A stretch of 64,000 nucleotides of DNA from Fulvivirga sp. (lineage in GTDB: Bacteria > Bacteroidota > Bacteroidia > Cytophagales > Cyclobacteriaceae): NCBI GenBank assembly GCA_048268855.1, contig JBLWUR010000006.1, positions 38,474-102,473 of the forward strand, given 5' to 3'. Positions 58,681 through 64,000 of this stretch are shown here, one piece after another. The position numbers and the translations under genes are program-made. The first letter of the stretch is position 1. Every line of letters begins with the position of its first letter. The notes beneath the pieces were generated by a model, which did no database searches, had not been told where the DNA came from, and saw only the letters and a program-made list of their open reading frames with translations.

Positions 58681-58691
58681 TCTATCGACAA

Positions 58692-60056
58692 TTAACTATA
58701 CTGTATAAGATCTAAACCTTCTCTTACTATTGATTGTACATCATGTTTGGAAACGTCAACAAACTCACAAAGGGCTAAATCTTCCTCTATAATTTCATAA
58801 ATCCCTAAACCTTCCATATCATCATAATCTTCTGCGAGTATCGCCTTTAAAAGATAAGTTGGCAATATGTCCATTGGCGTAACCTTCTCAAAAACACCTG
58901 TTTGAACAAATGCTCTTGGCTCTCCTTTTAAGTTTGTATCCACCACAAATTCCTTCTTTGGGTTAAGGAAAGAAAGAAGCCCAAAAGCCCGTTGAAAACT
59001 TAACTTATTAGTTGTGGGTAGAATCCAGCCGAACATCTCATGGTAGTCACCTTCAGGAATAACTGTTACCATATTATCAAAATAACCAATGTGTCCCTCC
59101 GCATCAATTTTCTCTCCTGTTAAAACATTACCAGCAACATACCTTACATTATCACTCTTAATGTTACCGGTCACCATCTTTTTAATCGATGCACCAGTGT
59201 ATGTTTTATAATACTGAGGGTTATTCACTTCTGAACCTGCTAGTGCAACCACCTTTGAGGAGTCATATATTCCTTCGAGGAATAATTTCCCTATTTGAAT
59301 AACTCCAAATGGATTAATGGTCCAAACAACGTCACCCTTATTTATACTATCAATATGATGAATCTGGACTCCCACATTACCAGAAGGATGTGGCCCTGAG
59401 AATTTGTTGAGCTGAACATTTTTAGCATGTGCGAAAATCTGAGCTACTTCATGGTCAGAATTAATATTAAGATGTATAAGTCCAGGAGTAAGTTTTTTGA
59501 TTACATCAATTCCCGCCTGAAAATATTGATCTTCCCCTCTGAATAACATATCGTAATCTGGTGCCAAAGGGCTAGAATCAAAAGCAGATATAAAAATAGC
59601 CTTAGGAGCTTCTTCTGGATCAGCAATAATACCAAATGGTCGCTGTACAATATTTAACCACGCTCCTGAGCCCAGTAAATGTTCAACAGCTTCCTCCCTA
59701 CTAGCGTTACCAATATCGGAAACAGAATACTTCTTATGTTGAACATACTCCATTTGCTTATCAGCCAAAATTACAATTTCAAGTAACTTTCGTTTTTCGC
59801 CTCTTTTAATCTCTACAATTTCACCACTTACAGGAGCCACGTGAATAACTCTTTCGTTCTTTTTATCAAACAAAATAGGAGCACCTGCTTTGACATTGTC
59901 CCCTTCGTTGACAGTCACTTTAGGTCTTAATATTCCGTGAAAACTTGTTGGTTTGTAGGCGAAAGTTTCTGGTTGATCAACTTCCGCAAGTCTTTTTTCG
60001 GCTTTGCCAGCTAAGTTGATGTCAAACCCTTTTTTTAGCTTTATGAATTTAGACAT
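58692..60056 (-). CDS. nqrA: Na+-NQR subunit A
   Basis: IKLKKGFDINLAG, GPHPSGNVG, EEDLALCEFVDVSK. Confidence 0.97.
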   Translation of the reverse strand: MSKFIKLKKGFDINLAGKAEKRLAEVDQPETFAYKPTSFHGILRPKVTVNEGDNVKAGAPILFDKKNERVIHVAPVSGEIVEIKRGEKRKLLEIVILADKQMEYVQHKKYSVSDIGNASREEAVEHLLGSGAWLNIVQRPFGIIADPEEAPKAIFISAFDSSPLAPDYDMLFRGEDQYFQAGIDVIKKLTPGLIHLNINSDHEVAQIFAHAKNVQLNKFSGPHPSGNVGVQIHHIDSINKGDVVWTINPFGVIQIGKLFLEGIYDSSKVVALAGSEVNNPQYYKTYTGASIKKMVTGNIKSDNVRYVAGNVLTGEKIDAEGHIGYFDNMVTVIPEGDYHEMFGWILPTTNKLSFQRAFGLLSFLNPKKEFVVDTNLKGEPRAFVQTGVFEKVTPMDILPTYLLKAILAEDYDDMEGLGIYEIIEEDLALCEFVDVSKHDVQSIVREGLDLIQYS

Positions 60057-60097
60057 GCTTTCTTTTAAAATTCAATCTAACGATATAAAATCGAAGT

Positions 60098-60105
60098 CAA
60101 AATTA
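60098..60105 (-). promoter_or_regulatory. -7 element upstream of nqrA
   Basis: TAATTTTG on the minus strand matches TAnnTTTG; no clear -33 box found. Confidence 0.5.
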
Positions 60106-60168
60106 ACAAATTTTGCTACAATAAAAATTGAATATATTATTTAAAATAAAATTAAATAAACATCCATT

Positions 60169-60873
60169 TTATGATCCCATTTCTTCTTCATTGTGGTCTA
60201 TAATCTTGCTTAATGCAAGGTTTACCACCTCCTCTACTTGTTCTTCCAAAGTCATAAATGTAGTATCAACCACAATTGCATCATCAGCTTGTTTCAAAGG
60301 GCTTTCTTCGCGCGTAGTATCTAGCTGGTCCCGCTTCTTCAGATTATCAATAATGTCCTCCAAATCTACAAGCTGATCTTTTGCAAGAAACTCAGCCTGA
60401 CGCCTACTAGAACGCACATAAATGTCAGCATTCATGAATATTTTCAATTCAGCATCAGCGAAAACAACCGTTCCTATGTCACGACCGTCCATTACCACTC
60501 CCTTCTTTTTACCAAGTCTTCTTTGTTGTGCCACCATGGCATCGCGAACCTCCTTTATACTGCTAACTTGACTTACCTGATTGGAAATGGACATGTCACG
60601 AATTTCATTTTCTACATTTAATCCATTTAAATATGTTTCTGTTTGCTCAGTTTTTTGATTTATCTGAAACGATACTTCAATTTTATCAAGTGCCTTATTT
60701 ATTTCTATCTTGTTAGTCTGGCTCACGTGATTCTCAAGAAAATATAGTGTTACTGCACGGTACATAGCTCCTGAATCAATATAAGTATAACCCAAAATGG
60801 AAGCTACTCTTTTTGCTGTAGTGCTCTTACCACATGCAGAATACCCGTCAATAGCAATTACAATCTTCTTCAT
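60169..60873 (-). CDS. cmk: Cytidylate kinase
   Basis: IAIDGYSACGKST, DSGAMYRA, VMDGRDIGTVVF, RDQLD..RE.SPL; ATG 60873. Confidence 0.97.
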   Translation of the reverse strand: MKKIVIAIDGYSACGKSTTAKRVASILGYTYIDSGAMYRAVTLYFLENHVSQTNKIEINKALDKIEVSFQINQKTEQTETYLNGLNVENEIRDMSISNQVSQVSSIKEVRDAMVAQQRRLGKKKGVVMDGRDIGTVVFADAELKIFMNADIYVRSSRRQAEFLAKDQLVDLEDIIDNLKKRDQLDTTREESPLKQADDAIVVDTTFMTLEEQVEEVVNLALSKIIDHNEEEMGS

Positions 60874-60878
60874 ACTTA

Positions 60879-60998
60879 CTAACAGTCCTTTTGTGGGCAA
60901 GGAATAGGTTTGCCTGGTTTAAGTTTACCGTTTCGTTTTGTGGTGACACAGCCCGAAACTAATGATGCTATTACAATTAGTACTAATAATTTCCTCAC
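60879..60998 (-). CDS. Small cationic lipoprotein, 39 aa (below the ORF-track cutoff)
   Basis: Manual translation from GTG: MRKLLVLIVIASLVSG-CVTTKRNGKLKPGKPIPCPQKDC*; n/h regions plus lipobox VSG-C; TAG lies 5 nt before the cmk ATG. Confidence 0.78.
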   Translation of the reverse strand: MRKLLVLIVIASLVSGCVTTKRNGKLKPGKPIPCPQKDC

Positions 60999-61003
60999 AA
61001 TGA

Positions 61004-61011
61004 CAAATATA
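61004..61011 (-). promoter_or_regulatory. -7 element for the small lipoprotein-cmk unit
   Basis: TATATTTG, 5 nt before the GTG start; ATTG 20 nt further upstream as a possible -33 box. Confidence 0.6.
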
Positions 61012-61045
61012 TGTCTAGAATACGGGGCAACCAATTATTAACTCG

Positions 61046-61732
61046 TCATTCTAGTCGTTGTTGATAGCTCATTTGAAAGCCAATCTTATGCCCACCACCA
61101 AGTGCTTGAGTATTTTCTAATTTTTCATTTAGAGAAATAACTCTAATTGATGGAAAAGGTGAGGTTATTAGGTCAGATTCAATTGATTGACTGATAACCA
61201 ACTGGATTATAATACTTAAATCAGTTTTAGTAAGCGGTTTAGGAGATACTTTTTCAAACATAAAATTGAGTTGCCGCTCTCCCTCTACTAAGAAATGATT
61301 TTCATAATTACAGAAAACACGAGCTACTAAATAGCCAGGGTCATTTAATCTGTTAAATTTTAAGGAATCGGCCATGAAGTTATATATATTAATTTGGCCA
61401 AGATATTTACGAAGTGGTTCTTGCTGCACATAAGGGCTTTTTGAGAAGCCATGGGTATCATCAAGAGTAATGATGTTGGTATGCAAAAGAAACACAAGCA
61501 TATCTCCAGCAATTCTCACCTGAAATTCTTGATTACTTATTTTTGTAACAGACAACTCAATATCTTTATCTTTATCAACTATCTTATCACTGATCTGCTT
61601 TATCACATTCTTAGCTTCATTTTCCAAATCTTTGAAATTTTTACAAAGCGTGCGATAGGTTTTTTGTTTTATGGCTGATTTTGACTCTATTGTTTTAGCT
61701 ATAGACTCAATAGGATTTTGATTTGATGGCAT
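61046..61732 (-). CDS. Conserved hypothetical cytoplasmic protein
   Basis: 228-aa ORF with ATG and globular composition (FLLHTNI, GQINIYNFMADS, NDPGYLVAR, HFLVEG); no family recognised. Confidence 0.75.
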   Translation of the reverse strand: MPSNQNPIESIAKTIESKSAIKQKTYRTLCKNFKDLENEAKNVIKQISDKIVDKDKDIELSVTKISNQEFQVRIAGDMLVFLLHTNIITLDDTHGFSKSPYVQQEPLRKYLGQINIYNFMADSLKFNRLNDPGYLVARVFCNYENHFLVEGERQLNFMFEKVSPKPLTKTDLSIIIQLVISQSIESDLITSPFPSIRVISLNEKLENTQALGGGHKIGFQMSYQQRLE

Positions 61733-61794
61733 AATTTAAATTAAAACTTATTTTCTAAATTTCGTTAGTATAATTAGTAAACATAAATATTAAC

Positions 61795-62088
61795 ATGGGA
61801 AGAAAACCAGAAGGATCAGCAGAAAATCTTTTTAAAAATCTCGGTAAAAAGATCGATGAGTTAATAGAAGATATTAAATCTGGGGCGGAAAATGTGCGCC
61901 ACTCTGAGAGATTTGAAGAATTAAAAAGAAATGGGGAGTCGTTGAAAAAAGAATTCAAGGATTTTAAGGACAGTAACAAGGATGTAATTGATCGAGTAGA
62001 TAAATCATTTGAGAAGGCCGGTAAAGAGATAAGAGAGGCATTTGATAGGGCCTTTTCAAAGGAAGACAAAAACAAAAAGGAGGCTTAA
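61795..62088 (+). CDS. Small highly charged amphipathic helical protein
   Basis: 97 aa rich in K/E/D; own -7-like box (TAAATTTCG) upstream and a terminator overlapping the stop. Confidence 0.72.
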   Translation: MGRKPEGSAENLFKNLGKKIDELIEDIKSGAENVRHSERFEELKRNGESLKKEFKDFKDSNKDVIDRVDKSFEKAGKEIREAFDRAFSKEDKNKKEA

Positions 62089-62100
62089 ACCTCCTTTTTT
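62074..62100. terminator. Intrinsic terminator overlapping the stop of the 97-aa gene
   Basis: AAAAAGGAGG-CTTAAA-CCTCCTTTTTT. Confidence 0.82.
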
Positions 62101-62126
62101 TATTATTATTAAATATTTTAATTTCT

Positions 62127-63218
62127 TTAACCAATATCCCAATTTTCAATCTCAAGCTCTAAATTGTCTAATTCATCGAATATAGGCTTCAACACATCTT
62201 CTAATTTCTCAGTAGATCCGTCCGCATATTTTATATATGGCACATCATCTTCTTCTTGATCAATGATTTCTGTGACGAATATAATGTCTCCTAACTTATT
62301 GCCACTATTGAACAATGCTAGTTTTATAAAATTATTAGGATTAGGATCATTCGAATTTTCTAAACCGTTTACATCAATAGTGCCTTCAAGTTTAATTGTT
62401 CTATACTGAACAAAACCATTAACCTTATCTATATCTTCTTTTTGAACGGTTAAAAAACTAAACGCAGCGTTTACCGAAACAATTGTTTCAGTTCCTTTCT
62501 TGATGGAAGCCTCCAAATTGGATTGCTTAGATCCAGATGTATCAAAGGCAAAAGCAAAGGTAAACGGATTTAGATACAATGAAACATCACCAGAAATTGG
62601 TTCACCATTTGAATTAAAAAAGGCCTCGAAGTCAATCTCTATTTGCTTTACTTCATTTATTGATAAATCAGCATTCAAAAGTGTGGGTAAGTAATAATGA
62701 TCAAACTCGTCTTCGAAAAGTTGTTCTTCGAATGCTGTTAATCTCAACGTTACATTATTGGTGGAAGATCCTTCTGCTGGAAAATTAATTTCTATAATTT
62801 CCTCTGTTGTTTCAGATTTATCAAATGATTCCGTAGTTGGATTCCAATCATATTGACCCCAATGTAGTGAGAAATTAAACCCATCATCTTCTGTTTTTGC
62901 TAATTTTGATGATTTGCTTACAAAAATCCTCTTAAACAATTTTGCATTCCTTTTGAACCAGTTTTTTGACTCCTTTTCATTCATTACCCTTCCATTAAAA
63001 GGGTCGTTCAACTGCATAAGAGCTGCCAAGTCACTTATTGCTCCTACACCTTCTGATTGCGTTAATTCAACAATATCTACACTCATATCTGTAGATAACT
63101 TAGCCATTGATTGTTTAGCCTCATCAACTGAAACTTGGTTGGATGATTCATCATCCGAATTGCAAGACAAAACAAATAAGCTTAATACCACAAGGAAATA
63201 ATTACTTAATTTTTTCAT
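62127..63218 (-). CDS. Lipoprotein of unknown function, probably surface-exposed
   Basis: Lipobox VLS-C followed by acidic NSDDE (resembles the Bacteroidota lipoprotein export signal). Confidence 0.78.
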   Translation of the reverse strand: MKKLSNYFLVVLSLFVLSCNSDDESSNQVSVDEAKQSMAKLSTDMSVDIVELTQSEGVGAISDLAALMQLNDPFNGRVMNEKESKNWFKRNAKLFKRIFVSKSSKLAKTEDDGFNFSLHWGQYDWNPTTESFDKSETTEEIIEINFPAEGSSTNNVTLRLTAFEEQLFEDEFDHYYLPTLLNADLSINEVKQIEIDFEAFFNSNGEPISGDVSLYLNPFTFAFAFDTSGSKQSNLEASIKKGTETIVSVNAAFSFLTVQKEDIDKVNGFVQYRTIKLEGTIDVNGLENSNDPNPNNFIKLALFNSGNKLGDIIFVTEIIDQEEDDVPYIKYADGSTEKLEDVLKPIFDELDNLELEIENWDIG

Positions 63219-63273
63219 GTTTTGAATAGTTTAGATAGTTTACTGCACTGCAAATGTATCTAGCTTTTTGGAC

Positions 63274-63310
63274 AAAAAAAGGGGTTCATTTGCATGAACC
63301 CCTTTTTTTT
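63274..63310. terminator. Intrinsic terminator after tsf
   Basis: AAAAAAAGGGGTTCAT-TTGC-ATGAACCCCTTTTTTTT. Confidence 0.92.
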
Positions 63311-63328
63311 AATTTATTTTTTTCTGAC

Positions 63329-64000
63329 TTAACCGATAGAAATCCTTTTGAATTCTGTAACAGTTAATCCACTGCTTACACTGTCAAGGTATTTAGCAAC
63401 AGTCATTGAATTATCTTTAACAAACTGCTGGTTCAATAAGGTGTTGTCCTTATAAAACTTCTGCAGTTTTCCTTCCGCAATTTTATCGATGATGTTCGCT
63501 GGCTTACCTTCAGCTAAAGCCTGTTCTTTACCAATTTCCAATTCTTTTTGAATTGTTGAAGCGTCAACTCCATCCTTATCTACAGCTACTGGGTTCATGG
63601 CTGCTATTTGCATCCCCACATCTTTACCAGCTTCCTGTACATCAGTTCCATTAACACCTTTTAAAGAAACTAATACACCTAATTTACTTCCAGCATGAAT
63701 ATAAGGTACAACGGCCTCACCAGTTACCTTAACAAATTCGCTGATTTCTATTTTCTCGCCAATTTTTCCTACCAACTCTGTGATTTTCTCCTGAACGGTG
63801 AAATCACCAATTTTTTGAGTCAATAGCTCTTCTGTAGAAGCTACTCCACTTGTAAAAGCTACATCCAAAATGGCATTTCCTAAATTTTGGAATTCTTCAT
63901 TTTTTCCAACGAAGTCAGTTTCACAATTGAGAGCTACTAATATTCCAATAGAATTGTCATCATTGGTTCTAATGAAAACAGAACCTTCGGTAGTTTCTCT
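63329..64000 (-). CDS. tsf: Elongation factor Ts, 5'-truncated by the window
   Basis: Frame open from base 64000: RETTEG...CETDFV, GEKIEI, MQIAAMNP, EGKP..IIDKIAEGKLQKF, LLNQQFVKD. Confidence 0.97.
   Translation of the reverse strand, partial: RETTEGSVFIRTNDDNSIGILVALNCETDFVGKNEEFQNLGNAILDVAFTSGVASTEELLTQKIGDFTVQEKITELVGKIGEKIEISEFVKVTGEAVVPYIHAGSKLGVLVSLKGVNGTDVQEAGKDVGMQIAAMNPVAVDKDGVDASTIQKELEIGKEQALAEGKPANIIDKIAEGKLQKFYKDNTLLNQQFVKDNSMTVAKYLDSVSSGLTVTEFKRISIG

Noticed and set aside
61755-62075. 106-aa minus-strand ORF
   Set aside because: Ser/Leu/Phe-rich mirror of the K/E-rich + strand gene, which has the promoter and terminator.

Overview
Core-genome window of an AT-rich Bacteroidota bacterium, most likely Cytophagales (inferred from gene order, a FabZ domain with an LpxC-FabZ-type linker, TAnnTTTG promoter boxes and no Shine-Dalgarno sites). 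Na+-NQR suggests a marine or saline lifestyle. Housekeeping content: lipid A genes (fabZ domain, lpxA, kdsB, a PagL-like barrel), mutS2, a partial Bat/VWA locus, a GH3-family ligase coupled to a LysE exporter, yggS, a RecD-like helicase, coaD, pyrE, the dcw cluster (mraZ-rsmH-ftsL-ftsI-murE-mraY-murD-ftsW-murG-murC-ftsQ-ftsA-ftsZ), mnmA, nqrA-E without nqrF, cmk and the 3' part of tsf. A small accessory stretch (about 27-33 kb) carries TauE, an old-yellow-enzyme reductase, a metallophosphoesterase, a TetR/hydrolase pair and DUF6263, interspersed with REP-like palindromes. No rRNA, tRNA, CRISPR array, transposase or integrase was recognised. The most notable unexplained signals are non-coding or very small. 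(1) An 85-nt hairpin just after ftsZ has an interior exactly antisense to the ftsA initiation region (13-nt and 11-nt blocks) and partly antisense to that of ftsZ. (2) Inverted heptamer arrays lie between ftsQ and ftsA. (3) An unannotated 39-aa cationic lipoprotein with two extra Cys lies upstream of cmk. (4) murD appears to start at ATA. (5) Three families of palindromic repeats occur, one of which encodes the TetR C-terminus. Everything was read by eye; no searches or folding programs were run.
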